Origin: Octopus bimaculoides
Lineage: Eukaryota
NCBI RefSeq assembly: GCF_001194135.2
Contig: NC_068984.1
Coordinates: forward strand, 72,042,334-72,106,333
Reading direction: 5' to 3'
DNA length: 64,000 bases
Shown: piece by piece, positions 39,258 through 52,999 of the stretch
How positions within the stretch are numbered: the stretch's first letter is position 1
Layout of the letters: each line of letters starts with the position of its first letter
Program-made: the position numbers and the translations under genes
The notes under the pieces: generated by a model
Database searches by the model: none
What the model saw: only the letters and a program-made list of their open reading frames with translations
Told to the model about the DNA's origin: nothing

Positions 39258-42200
39258 CGTGAAGTGATTTTATTATGATTATAGTGAATATAGATCTATC
39301 AGTGATTGTGGCGATGATTTAAAAATCTGATAATCTGATGAAGAAAATATGTTTTTTTTCATTGTTTCAAACCTCGCCCGGCTCTGAAGCTAAATCTTTT
39401 AAGTTGAAATATGATTAAAAGATTCTCTCTGACATTGTCGTCTTTTCTTTATTAATTTATATATGTCCATGTTATTAGCATTTATTCGATTTACTTATGA
39501 AGTTTATTGTTTACGTTTACGTGTTTTACAAACAGCTTAAGATAAATTCAAGTTTTATGAATTTTGCTGCTTCGATAGAAAATCAAATGATAATTGAAGT
39601 AAGTTGTCTGGACAAATCTGATATAAGTTCCAAGTAAATTTTCTTTGTATAGAAAAGAATAAGAAAACAAATTGTAAAAAGTTATGTTGAACAATATATA
39701 TCTTCTTCAAAATCTTTGGTAGCGGGAATATATATAACGTGTGTGCGCGCGCACGATTGCGAGTGTATGTCTGTAAAATAAAGGAAGAATCCTGACACAT
39801 GTGCAAGAATACACGCACACAAACTTACACACATATGGCTATATATGAATATTGTATATTCTTCAACGAACGATGTTTCAAAGTTAGTTCTTTCTCTTAC
39901 TAACATATAAATATACTTAATCATATGTTTTCTGATAGTATTAATTTAATTACATTTTTAGATTTATGATACTATGTACATTATTGCTTTAACGGAGTAC
40001 TTTAATGTAATTTATTAGTCATTCTTCAAATATCAATAAATAACTCTGTACGTGTACTAAACGGAATTATCTGTATTTAGATATACAAGGAAAAAAATTA
40101 AAATAAATTGCCAGTGTAGTGAGAGTCTGTTTATTTTCTGCCAAAATGTTAAATACTTTAATTCAGGTAATGAACATCTTCGATTTTGATGCGAAGGACA
40201 TGTAAATGATAGCAGCACGATTCGTATGAAGTAAACGACTTATCACCCTGAGTTGGAAAACCTCAAAGACACTGCTTTTTACACAAATATATAGTTAAAA
40301 ACACAGGCATCCATCATAAGTTGTTTTGTATTTTTCTGCCCTTTCTTGTCTTAATTTCTTTTCTATTTGTTGGTGAGGAACTGTCAGGATTTGTATATTA
40401 GATTTAGATTTATCGTCTAATTGGGATTGTTATTTTGTTAATTTTTATATGTACTAGTAGAAAAAGATTATTATATAAAATTGTTCTTGAAAAAGTTGTT
40501 CTTTATCAAAATAGTCAAGACAAGAGTTACCCTTATCGGATCTGATGAGTGTTTATATTTTCTCTTCTATTCCAATAATGATTGCAAATCTTTTGACAGA
40601 CAGAATTGTGCAAATACTGTGAACTGCGAGAGAGTTGCTCAGTAGAGATAGTGTGAATTAAACTTAAGCAAATCTCAGTTGTTCCAATTTAAAAGACGTT
40701 CCGCAAAACAATAACTTGCCTGTTTCTAGATGTGATGTAACAAGAAATATTCACTAAGTGAATATAGCATTTACAACTTACTAAATTAGGCATAAGATGC
40801 TAAAACAAAAATCGACAGAACTATGAAATCGCTTTCACTCTCAAATGACGGGAAAAAAAAATCTTGCCCAGAGAGTTAATATGCCATGTATTCAATGTCA
40901 TGATGATGAAGTACTTACAAAACACGCCTTAACACCACCGTTGGAAAAATGAATGTACGTTGTACAACAAAATTGTATATTATTTAAAATTTAAACAGTA
41001 AATTAAAAATAAATTATTAAACGTACAATATCCAGAGGAGAATGTTGAAATTTTTTAGATGCATCATTCATTATACAGCAAATTTCTTCGTAAGAAATAT
41101 TCCTTTGGGAAATATATACATAGATGAGAAGAAGCATCTGCAAGTTGTCATGTTGCGTTGCTATCTATTAAAGACAATCTCCTTCATCTTACTAATTTCT
41201 CATAGGAATCTTTTAGTAAATGACTGATGTATTTTTGTCGTAAACGTGATAAAGATGTTATCTAGAATTATCGCGCTAAATATTGAAATCATTTTCTTCA
41301 TTTATTTGATTCTTCTCTCCTGACATGTTTTAAATATAGTTTATGTAAGTATCTATACATACATATCTACATTCATAAATACATACACACGTAAGTGCGT
41401 GTGTGTGTACTTATATATGTATAATACATATGTACATATATATGCCTATATATGTGTACATATATATATACGCATACATACATATGTATGCACACACATG
41501 CATACATACATAGATATATACATACATGCATACATGCACAGATGTATCTGTATATGTATGTATGTGTGTGATATGCTGTTTTCATTTAATGGCTATATTT
41601 GAAACTACCCTTGATATTTTAGAAAAATTCTTTTTTCTAAACGTCTGTAATATTTCATTTGTGTTTTGCGAATCAAGTCTAAAATCAAAGCCTGACAGAT
41701 TTTCTTTTAGGTTAGCTTTAATCCGAGTTGATTTACTTTAGTTCGCTCATATCATTTCGTGTTTTATTATATTTATCTCCCACCACAACCTTTCCCTTTT
41801 CTTTTTCTTTTCGACTTGCCTCATGTTTTCCTTATTCTTTCATGTTAAGTGTTTTTATGTAGCGTGTTTATTATACACTGTAAACATACAGCCATGTGTG
41901 TGTGTGTCTTATTCTATGTGTGAATATTAATACCTCGTATGTAAGATAGTGTTTCTTCTGTGTGCAATAATTTACTAACTTCATACAACGAAGAAACAAA
42001 CCCAAGTTTGTTTCGTTTCCTGAATTGGTTTTGTATTTGTTTATGTTCAGTTCTTAAACTGTAGAGAAAGTTTACATTATTTTAATTCTTTCGACCAGTT
42101 GCAGGCTAGTTAAAATGCCATTCATCAGCAACTTAATTTCGTGTTCAACTCCATTGCAGAGGCATGTCGACACGTGCCTTTTACTATATAGCTCCAAAGT

Positions 42201-42608
42201 GGTCAATGCTTCATTAAATTATCCGGTAGATGGGAACTCGGTGGAACACAAATGTGTGTCTATGTGTTTGTCTGTGAGCGCCTCTGACTTTGTTTTGTGT
42301 TCGTGTATATGTGCAAAGTAAATGCATCAACAAAACACGTAGCCACGGGACAGCTATGGGGGGGCTTAGCCCCGCTAGTTAGTATTTCAGCCCCTCAGAA
42401 TTTGTTTTATTCACTCTTAGGAGAATACATTATCTGGTTGTGTTAGTAGACAGTTGAAAAATATAGTTTAAGCGAAAAAGAAAAATACAGAAAAATGCTT
42501 CTTCACATACCTATTGTGGACAATTTTATTAAATTTTAGACACTTTTGCGACAGTTGGTTGCTTTGATTTATGTGCAAATTCAAGTGTGTGTGTGTGCGT
42601 GCGCGCGC

Positions 42609-42644
<36 letters not shown>

Positions 42645-42864
42645 GTACGTGTGTGTGTGTGTGTGTTTGCGATCGCGAGTGGTGTACTGTAGAACGGGTC
42701 AGTAAAGTGTTTGTTATACCTGTAATTATTGTGGTGGTATTTTTTGTTGCTGCTGTAGTAGAATTGCTTGGTGGGTAACAATTGGAATCTGAAAAGTTGA
42801 CCGTTTCATTAAGTAGGTCATCACTTGTGGTTGAATGAAGGTGTGTTGGAGGTTGAGCCTGGGT

Positions 42865-43033
42865 CAGTTGTCGTTGCTGTTTTGGTGCTTGTCGTTATTG
42901 TTGCTATGGTAGTTGTTGTTGCTGTGGTGGTAGTGGTTGCTATTGAAAAGTATTTGAAGAGAAAACAGGTTGCTGTTGTTGCCGTGGTCGTTGTTGTTGC
43001 TGCTGCTGCTGTGGTGGTGGTGGTGGTGGTGGT
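42865..43033. repeat. Degenerate (GTT/GCT/GGT)n triplet repeat
   Basis: Direct inspection. Confidence 0.85.
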
Positions 43034-44120
43034 TAGAGAGGGATTTATGGTACTAGTAAAGCATCCATACACACTCATGTATATGAACAGATATAAGAAT
43101 TAACAAGTTATTTTATTCCGACAAGTCAAAGAATTATTATCGAGTTTGTGAATTCTCGAAAAAGGTAAAAAAACAAAAATTTGGGATCTTTGGGGTTTGA
43201 CGGGCAACATGTTTTATGTAGTGTTGTTGGTACCGAAACACTTTCAAACTTCATATACTTGTATATTTTGTGGTATAGAACAGATAAAAAAATTTGTATT
43301 CAAAGTTATTTCACGTTAAAAATTGTCTTATTTCGATAATTTCAACTAATCACTGACGTCTATTCAGTTGAAAACAGTTAGCGCTGTAACGGTGTATATC
43401 GTATTAATCCCCGTTAGTTCTGACATTTCCGATTAACTAGACTGTTCGTAAACAAAGGGGAAAAAGCCATCAAAATACTTGAATATTGCCTGCACTTGTT
43501 ATTGGAGCTACCAGAATTATTAATGCACCTCCAAGTGCTTCATTTCCTAGAAATAGCAGCCAAATCTTCTTTNNNNNNNNNNNNNNNNNNNNNNNNNNNN
43601 NNNNNNNNNNNNNNNNNNNNNNNNNNNNNNNNNNNNNNNNNNNNNNNNNNNNNNNNNNNNNNNNNNNNNNNNNNNNNNNNNNNNNNNNNNNNNNNNNNNN
43701 NNNNNNNNNNNNNNNNNNNNNNNNNNNNNNNNNNNNNNNNNNNNNNNNNNNNNNNNNNNNNNNNNNNNNNNNNNNNNNNNNNNNNNNNNNNNNNNNNNNN
43801 NNNNNNNNNNNNNNNNNNNNNNNNNNNNNNNNNNNNNNNNNNNNNNNNNNNNNNNNNNNNNNNNNNNNNNNNNNNNNNNNNNNNNNNNNNNNNNNNNNNN
43901 NNNNNNNNNNNNNNNNNNNNNNNNNNNNNNNNNNNNNNNNNNNNNNNNNNNNNNNNNNNNNNNNNNNNNNNNNNNNNNNNNNNNNNNNNNNNNNNNNNNN
44001 NNNNNNNNNNNNNNNNNNNNNNNNNNNNNNTGGTACCTTACGTTTACAATTTGAAATTTTCTAAAAATATACATTCGGAAAGGCTTTTTCAGCTGAGAAG
44101 ATTCACAAAATAATTTTTTG

Positions 44121-44587
44121 TTTTGTCAAGAAATTACTCGGTAATTTCCGTGAGCACGTGATGGCTTCTCAACTGTCAATTAACGTATCGAAGTGGAAAG
44201 AGAAAGCTAATAGATTATACGTGCGTACGTGCTTGTTACTCAGTGTGTGTGTGTGAGAGGTGTGCTTGTTCTTTTTTGTGTGTGCTTGTCTGTTTGTGTG
44301 CGTGCTTGTTCTTGTGTGTGTGTGTGAATGTGTGTGTGTGTGCGCGTGCGTGCTTGTTCCTCTGTGTGTGTTTGCTTTCTACAGCACATAAATACATGAA
44401 AATAGAAGCACACACATACACAAACACAGGTACAAGCCCGGATACAAACAAGAACGACCAAGCACGCACACACACACACACACACATGAACAAGCCCGCA
44501 GGCACGTAAAACCCATTAGCGTTCTCTTTCCACTAACAATTGACAAGACAACACGTGCTCACGGAAATTACTAATTTGTAGACAAAA
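44121..44587. mobile_element. Foldback/MITE-like element with ~100-bp inverted ends and mirrored GT/AC interior
   Basis: GTAATTTCCGTGAGCACGTG..GTGGAAAGAGAAAGCTAAT on the left pairs with ATTAGCGTTCTCTTTCCAC..CACGTGCTCACGGAAATTAC on the right; no TSD seen. Confidence 0.65.
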
Positions 44588-44945
44588 TACGAGTCTACAG
44601 CATAGACATCAGCGGCACAGACATCAGTGAACCACAACAACGCAGCGTGTGGTTGTCATGGTGACAATCTGCTAATGCCATTCTGTCTGTTGATTGGCTA
44701 AAATTACCCAAATTCCACAACTTTAATGTCAAATAACATCAGATTCTTTAATTTACGAGATAATGTAATTAGTTGTTTGCAATCGAAATTCAGAGTTGCA
44801 TCGATACAACAAAATAGAAAGCAAGCTGAGCAAAATTAGTGGGGGGGGGGCTCATTTTTCGAATTAGAAAGACTAGATCCATAGATCCATTTTAAGAAAT
44901 TGTTACACCTACTACGATTTTCTGCCTTAGAATTATTGCGAATCT

Positions 44946-46400
44946 CAGTGCCCACGCAGATGGTTTTGAAGCCATTCTAAGCACAAAGTCGGACCCGAAT
45001 ACAAAACTTGAGTACTGAGCCTAAAATTTATAAATATATAAAACTTGGTTTCTTATGCCACAAACGCCTCGCCCTGTTGTTACATATACATATAATACAG
45101 TATTAAGTGTTGGTAAAATCGTTTTTATTCAACCGACACTAGTGTAAGATCACTCAACGAGATATACCTTTAAAGCCAGTGTACTACGGAGTGTCAATAC
45201 AATAATGAATCGCTACCGAAAAAGAAAACTGAAGCAGTCATTGCTGAATATCCATTCTGATGCATCTAATGCTAAACAGAAGAGAATTGCAAACGAAGAC
45301 GTTTCTCAGCTCAAGGAAGGTTTTGCAGAGTCTTTGATACCCTCATTTCATGATCTAGGACAGGTCGACTGCCAACCAGTACAGCCAGTTCTAGCAAATA
45401 TAGATTCCAAGATTTATGGAAATCAGAAATGTGACTTCTCCTCAAGCTAGCATACCGGGCCGTCCATGGTTATACTCTTTCAAAGAAAGCCTTGTGTTGT
45501 TTTACTTGTTGACACTTCTGCTCAAGCGGATATTTGCTTTATGAAAGATGAACATTCTAACTGGCATCGTGCAAAAAGAAACAAAAAAGAAACAAAGGTT
45601 TAAGTATGCACGCAAACTCTGCAGCCCATATCCAAGCTACGGTAACATGGAGGGAACGCCAACAGCATTTATCTACAACAACATCCGTGTCTTCAATTTT
45701 GCCTATTGATCAATTGAGCAAAAACCATTACTATATCAATTCAGTTGTTGATATTGTGCATTTTCTATGCGCAAACGGATTGCCTTTTCGGGGAAACGAA
45801 AATGAAGCTTTTGAGGATCTTTATTCGGAAGATGAGACGCGCAGCCTTGTGGTCGTTTTATGAAATTATCCCAGTACACATTGAGAAATATTCAAAGCTA
45901 AAGGAATGTTACAGCACGATTCCAAAAAATGCGATCTATACTTCTGCAGCAATGCAAAACGAAATCATCGAATTGTTGAGAAGATACATTGTCAGCCTTA
46001 TCGATGAAATAAATTATCCCGATGTTCCTTGCTTTACGCTGAAATGGACGGAACGCGTGATTTGAGTAATACTAGAACTATTGTGATTGTTATTAGGTAC
46101 ATGAAAAATTGCAGGTTTCTGGAATACTTAGTTGCAATGCCATCTATTCAACATTGTGATGCTGAAACATTGGCCGTATAGACATTCAGTATTTCTTTTA
46201 TACTCCGAAAGAGTGAAAGCCAAGTTCGTATAGGTCTCTGTGTGGAAGCTACCAGATTATAATGACATATGGTGAAGAATTCCTGTATATTCTCAACAGG
46301 TATGCTATGTTTTGGATGGATGGCCGGATATTGGCAAATCATATATGAAGATTTCCGACAGACATGTTTCCTTTACTTTGGCATGACACATCTTGGCTTT
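44946..46400 (+). mobile_element. hAT (Tip100/ZMYM1-like, DUF4371-type) transposase pseudogene
   Basis: Frameshifted ORFs at 45205-46065: SVVDIVHFLCANGLPFRG, IPKNAIYTSAAMQNEIIE, DVPCFTLK; decayed VIVIRYMK and CYDGA-like segments downstream; candidate CAGTG terminus at 44946. Confidence 0.75.
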
Positions 46401-46859
46401 CTATGTTTATCTTCAACAATTCCAGAATAATTTTTACGAAGAAGTGTAAATACAGACAGTATTAAGGTAAATTTGATGAATTTATTTCATTATATTATAT
46501 GAAATTAATGTTAATATATTCGCATTAAGGTCATTACTGAAAATATTTAAGGTATTCAAATATAGATAATCCACAAAGCAAATATGGTTTATGCTATATA
46601 AATACGGTTTTTAATACATATATTGTAAAACAAACACTTAAGTACTGGATTTTGTAAACTATTCGTTATCTATAATATATAGGTAAATAAAACAATAGAG
46701 TGAATATTGTATCTTTAAGAAATATAATATTCGAAATATTTAGGTAACCACTATTCGTTTTCCCTTCTAAGTTCTTTAAACGTAAAAATGTCCGGTGAAA
46801 TAAATCGGCTGCTATATTAAGTTTAAATAATGCATAAATGATAAATGATATATGCATAC

Positions 46860-46915
46860 ATAGAGATAGAGGGACAGACAGACAAACAGACTGGGAGACT
46901 TATAAATTGACAGAC

Positions 46916-46992
<77 letters not shown>

Positions 46993-47013
46993 ACTGACAG
47001 ACAACTGACAGAC

Positions 47014-47051
<38 letters not shown>

Positions 47052-47080
47052 TTAGATAGATAGATAGATAGATAGATAGA
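46860..47080. repeat. (GATA)n/(GACA)n tetranucleotide microsatellite
   Basis: Direct inspection. Confidence 0.95.
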
Positions 47081-49274
47081 AATGCATACATAAGTTGAAT
47101 TGAGCGTAAATTGTGTATTTAATATTATGTGACTTAATGCTTGCGTCATATTTGAAGAAATACTTATAAATCTATAGTTTGAAGAACGTAAGTGTGCTAG
47201 CTAGAAGTAACTTTGCGCACCTCCTGTGTTGCTCCTTTACATAGCATCGTTAGTGTCGTGTGTGTTCCACAAAAAGAGAGACCCCAAAGTTACAAGTTAA
47301 AAGATTTTAATATCTATATAAAAAAGCAAAATATAGAAAAGGTTTCACTAACGTTGTCTTTAGAAAGATTTTTATTGATTAATATATGGCTAAAGTATAT
47401 GTGATTTATTCGTTGTGATGGAATGATACTTAGGTATTTACAAAAAACAGACTACATATTTAGATAAAAAATGAAATGTAGTATATATACACGCATAGAT
47501 ATAGGTGTATAGTAACAGTCTTTCGATCAGATATCAGTTATGGATATATGAGGGTGTATTTAAAAAAACAAATATCTACTTCAATATCTTTGAGAATTAT
47601 ATAGTAGATATTCTGCCTGATTGTGCTTATCGGACTTAGCCCAACAGGTATTAATAGGAATGAGAGAAATTATTCTTAAAATACCAATATTCTAAACATA
47701 CAAATGAAGTTTAACATATCCAATTCCTCAATACTAAATTTATTTCTGAGATGGAATACGCCCTTCAAATAGTCAAATGAATATAATTATTATCTGAAAT
47801 TCAGTGTAGAATAAATGCTTTTTAAAAATGATAGTGATATCTTCTGAAAGATAGGGTGAAAAAAGCAAAATAAGTAATGTACAGAATAGTGTTCATTTTG
47901 TTAGTAGATTAAGTTTTGTAAGCACATAAAAGTATTGATAACAAAATGGACATTTGGAGAAAATAAATTGTTGTTACTATAAGTAAATTCCATTAACGAA
48001 ATTTTAGCAATGAAGAAAATAGAAAGATAATTTCTTTCAAATCAAGAAGTTATTGATATATTTCGCCACTCGTTGGTAATTCAATTCTAGATTTTACAAT
48101 AAAATGTAAGGCGTCATTCATAATAACAGTTGAATTATTTGCTACGGTGAATCATCGTGCCCGATTCTGCGTTTAAATATTAGTAACTGGCGCTTTATGA
48201 GACAGTAAAGCTTTAACGAAATGGCTGTTCGAAGTATTACGTCTCTGACTACATTGTTATGAGAGGAGATATGAATACCGCCATGTTTTGTGCGTGTAGG
48301 TCAAGGTGGAAAACTTTTAGCGTAATTATTTTTATGTAGAGAAATCCATTTATTCCAAAATCTTTTCATAAGAGATACAGCAGAATTTAGATATATACGC
48401 ACATATTCTTTGCTTCTATCAACATTACACATAGCTCTTGCATCATTCATCTAGTCTTTTAAACTTTAGTGCTGGTAGTGTACAAAAGAATATTAAATAA
48501 ATACAACAAACTGAATGAAAACGCTTGTATATTTTGAGACATAAATATAGAGAATAATCATAGACACAGAGTATAACTACTCTAATAATAGATAGAGAAT
48601 TTATGTATATTACGAACACAAAACTAATGTATGACAAAACAATGTACGTTTTTGTTATAAATGGGGTGAAAATTAGTAAAGGAAGCAGCATGTGGACATT
48701 GAAACGATTTTATTTCAAACAGTGCAACCTTTTACATAAAATCTATTATTCGCTACCTTCCTTGCAATTAAATATTTACAAAAATATTCGACGTTAGATA
48801 TAGATATATTTTAATAATTCATTTCTCGAGAAAAACTTTAAAATTCGAAGATCATGTTGTTCGAGTTAAGTTATATTTCTCCCTTAAATAACGCCTCATT
48901 GTTCATCCCACACATCACGAGTTTCAGAAATAGCTTCAAATTCTGATTATCGTATTTCTTTCAAAGAAAGCAACATCATAAATTTGAATAGGTTAATGCT
49001 TTACTTGAAAGTTTCCGTATGAAGGATTTAAAAGCATTTAATTCATTGTACTGTAGTTAAATTTGATGTGAAATTTAAACACAAATGCATATTGTACAGT
49101 TAAGCCGACAGTCATTTCGAAGTAACGCGCAGAGAAACATATACACATGCATACAACATGCATACAAACAAATATGTGTGTGTGTGTGTGTGCATACGGA
49201 CAGACACACAAACATGCACAGAGAGAGAGAGAGTAAAGAAGAGCAATATTATATATTAGTTTATAATTTAGCGC

Positions 49275-49400
49275 ATAACCAGTAATTTCGGGTGAGGCGT
49301 AAGTCGATTCCATCGAACCCAGTCCCCCACTAGTACTTATTGTGTCGACTGCGAAATTAGAAAGTGCAATTCGAACTCGGTGAAATATAAACTCTGACCG
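49275..49400 (-). mobile_element. SINE family A-like fragment
   Basis: GTCGATTCCATCGAACCCAGT..TAGTACTTATTGTGTCGAC..TTCGAACTCGG. Confidence 0.6.
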
Positions 49401-49717
49401 TGATCACAGACGAAATGCAGGTAATTATTTTCCTGGTGTGCTGACGATACTGACCAGTAACCACCTTAGTNNNNNNNNNNNNNNNNNNNNNNNNNNNNNN
49501 NNNNNNNNNNNNNNNNNNNNNNNNNNNNNNNNNNNNNNNNNNNNNNNNNNNNNNNNNNNNNNNNNNNNNNNNNNNNNNNNNNNNNNNNNNNNNNNNNNNN
49601 NNNNNNNNNNNNNNNNNNNNNNNNNNNNNNNNNNNNNNNNNNNNNNNNNNNNNNNNNNNNNNNNNNNNNNNNNNNNNNNNNNNNNNNNNNNNNNNNNNNN
49701 TATATATATATAAATGC

Positions 49718-50120
49718 AAGTAGCTTGCTTACCAACCACATGGTTCCGGGTTCAGTACCACTGCGTGGCACCTTGGGCAAGTGTTTTCTACTATAGCGTC
49801 GAGCCGACCAAAGCCTTGTAAGTGGATTTGGTAGACGGAAACTGAAAGAAGCCCGTCATATATATGTATATATATGTGTGTGTGTGCATGTTTGTGTGTG
49901 TCCATGTTTGTGTGTCTGTGTTTGTCGACCCAACATTGCTTGATAAGGGATGCTAGTGTGTTTACGTCCCTGTGACTGAGCGGTTCGGCATAAGAGACCG
50001 ATAGAATAAGTACTAGGCTTACAAAGTGTAAGTCCTGGGGTCGATTTGCTCGATTAAAGGCGGTGCTCCAGCATGGCCACAGTAAAATGACTGAAACAAC
50101 TGAAAGAGAAAGAGTTAAAG
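49718..50120 (+). mobile_element. SINE family B, near full length (head cut near N-gap), internal TA/TG microsatellite
   Basis: GGTTCCGGGTTCAGTACC B box; CCTTGGGCAAGTG CORE-like; central (TA)(TG) repeats; AAAGAG-type tail. Confidence 0.85.
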
Positions 50121-51146
50121 AGAGAGTTATTTTATGCAGTCAAAATTTTGCTGGGAACATGGCTCACAGAACATCTTATCACACTGCTTTCAATATTGTT
50201 GTTGAGTATTTCACATCCTAGGAAACAATAGGTAAATATGTAGTGCTTATCATTTACACAGCAGTGACATTCTTCTATATTAGGTGTCCCTCTTTTGAGC
50301 TCGATTGGAAAGCTTTTTTGACAATTTGACTTATTATTTTGCAAATTATGTCTAAAATGGTTCAATTTTCTCATAAGTTCTAGGGCAATCCGCCCTAACA
50401 ATAATGACAGAAACTAAATTGTTAAATGCGTTTCCCCAACAAGTTTTATGATGCGAAACATATTTTCAATCATCGTAGATGTGTGTCTGTAAATCTTGGT
50501 TTTATATGGTGAGTAATATTTAAAATAAATTAAAAATCGTGGATCAAAATAATGGAGAAAAGAAGAGGTTCATATATAGTGCAACGATACATTTCAAATA
50601 AAATTTCTGATTAGTATAAACAATAAAGTAATTAATACAATGAGACTAATGTAGCCAGCTGCGTTGAAATTAGGAAATAAAAGTCGCAGGTTCAATTTAG
50701 GCATAAATATTTGAAATACATCATGTTCAGCCATTCTTAAATGATACGCATTTCCATAATATATATTCATCTTTTTGGTTGGTGAGAACGCTGTAAAACA
50801 GAGGGTCATCTTTTAAGATAGATAACAAAACCATATCACAATAAAGAATAAGTGGTTTTCTATCACTTGATATTGTTATATTTGCACTGTTCATAAAAGA
50901 ATGGTGTGTCAAAACAAAAGCTAATAATCTCATACCACGCAAGCGTTACTCTGCCAGCAGTCAGTTCAATAACAGCTCGCTGACATTTGTGACATCATTT
51001 GAATTGTAGATTTACAGTCTACTGATTACATAAATAAATATCACACAAAGTGGCAACAACTGTCACTTTTCTCCTTATATCATTCTGTTACTTTAATGTT
51101 TGTATATATATGTTATTTTCAGTGCTGAAATCATGATTATCAATAT

Positions 51147-51596
<450 letters not shown>

Positions 51597-51611
51597 AACG
51601 TTGTCATCTGC

Positions 51612-51646
51612 TGGTGGTGGTGGTGGTGGCGGCAGCGGCAGTAGTT

Positions 51647-51708
<62 letters not shown>
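51612..51708. repeat. (GGT/GGC)n-(AGT)n microsatellite
   Basis: Direct inspection. Confidence 0.95.
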
Positions 51709-51709
<1 letters not shown>

Positions 51710-51974
51710 TCCATTATTAGCTGACCGTATTAAAATGTCTATCCTGAGATAGACAGTATTTTTTTCACATTTGCTGTTCCCGAAATCCTGTCTCTTGCAA
51801 TGTCGTAATACTGGGAATGATTGCAATTGTAACAAGGTGTTTCTGAATTATTTTCGTGACTGACCTAAGCGCTCGATAATAAAGATCTCCTTTGGTATCG
51901 TTTGGTTTGCGTTTAAAAGTTTAATGTAGACTAAACCTTTCGTATCCCACTAAACAGATAACAGCAACTTACGT

Positions 51975-52440
51975 GTGCGGAGACCTTTTTAGCTTGGGAT
52001 GTTGGTGTTTCTCCTTTCTCTATCCACTCTCTTCGGCGCTTGACATTTTTATAGTGAACCCATTTCTCGTCACCTGTCGCTATTCAGTCAAAAAAGGTTC
52101 AATCGTGCGACGTGACAGCAAAGAAGAGCAAACATCTATTCACTTCGCGCGATTAGACTCGGAAAGATTCTGAGGAACCCATTGATTCAAAAGCAGGTGT
52201 CGAAGACTGGTTGAATGACAAAATCCAAGCTTCTCGCTAGTTCCTCAACAGTTACGATGGGAGTTTGTTCCGACAGTGTTTGGAGGACGTCTTCATCAAG
52301 CTCTACAGATCTTCCAGGACGAGGCTCATGTTCTAGGCTGTAGTTTCCAATCCCCAAATGCTGCATTAGTATTCCTCACACTTTCTGTTGTGTTACTACC
52401 TTTATCGAAATCGTAAAGGAAAATATGCCGAATATGGTGG
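51975..52440 (-). mobile_element. mariner transposase N-terminal/central remnant, related to 27547-28627
   Basis: QWVPQNLS and IATGDEKWVHYKNVKRRREWIEKGETP motifs; DNA similar to 28060-28440. Confidence 0.85.
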
Positions 52441-52999
52441 CGGTGGTTGTGCTGGTGCTGCTGGTGCTGCTGGTGTTGTTTAAAGGCCTTATTTTCAAGT
52501 AACCTTGTATGGCTTTTCCAACTTCGTTACGGGTTGGCGTAATTTGACCTTCAGAATTATGAGAAACACTTTTGTTGCTAGGAATTTAGTGTAACTAATT
52601 AATGTTTCTTCCCAACTGAACACTGTCTATTGAGCTATACATTAACATGTTCAGCTGTTCAATTAATTTGAAGCGTCATTATCTTCTACCAATAGTAATT
52701 CAAAGGCAGATAATAAAATATCTGCTTCTAATTTGAAATAAAATGTTATGTATTGCACAAGGTAGGATAGTTGAATTTAAGACATCAGTTCACTTATATG
52801 TCAGATGAATCAACCAGAGATTGATATGATAAATCTGTGACGGCAAAGTGAACAAATGTAGATAATTGTCTCGATTTACAGACATTTGATTCATTCATAC
52901 ACAAACAAGAAGCTGCGGAGTCGATAAATATATTTAATGAGAATGTGTAGCGACAGTTTCTAATGAGAACAGCAATACATCTTATATCTAGACCAGCAA

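Noticed and set aside
40530-40560. CTGATGAG motif
   Set aside because: No stem II or GAAA downstream
42337-42420. GGGGGGGCTTAGCCCC..CAGCCCC, resembling a hAT subterminal sequence
   Set aside because: No matching opposite terminus or TSD identified
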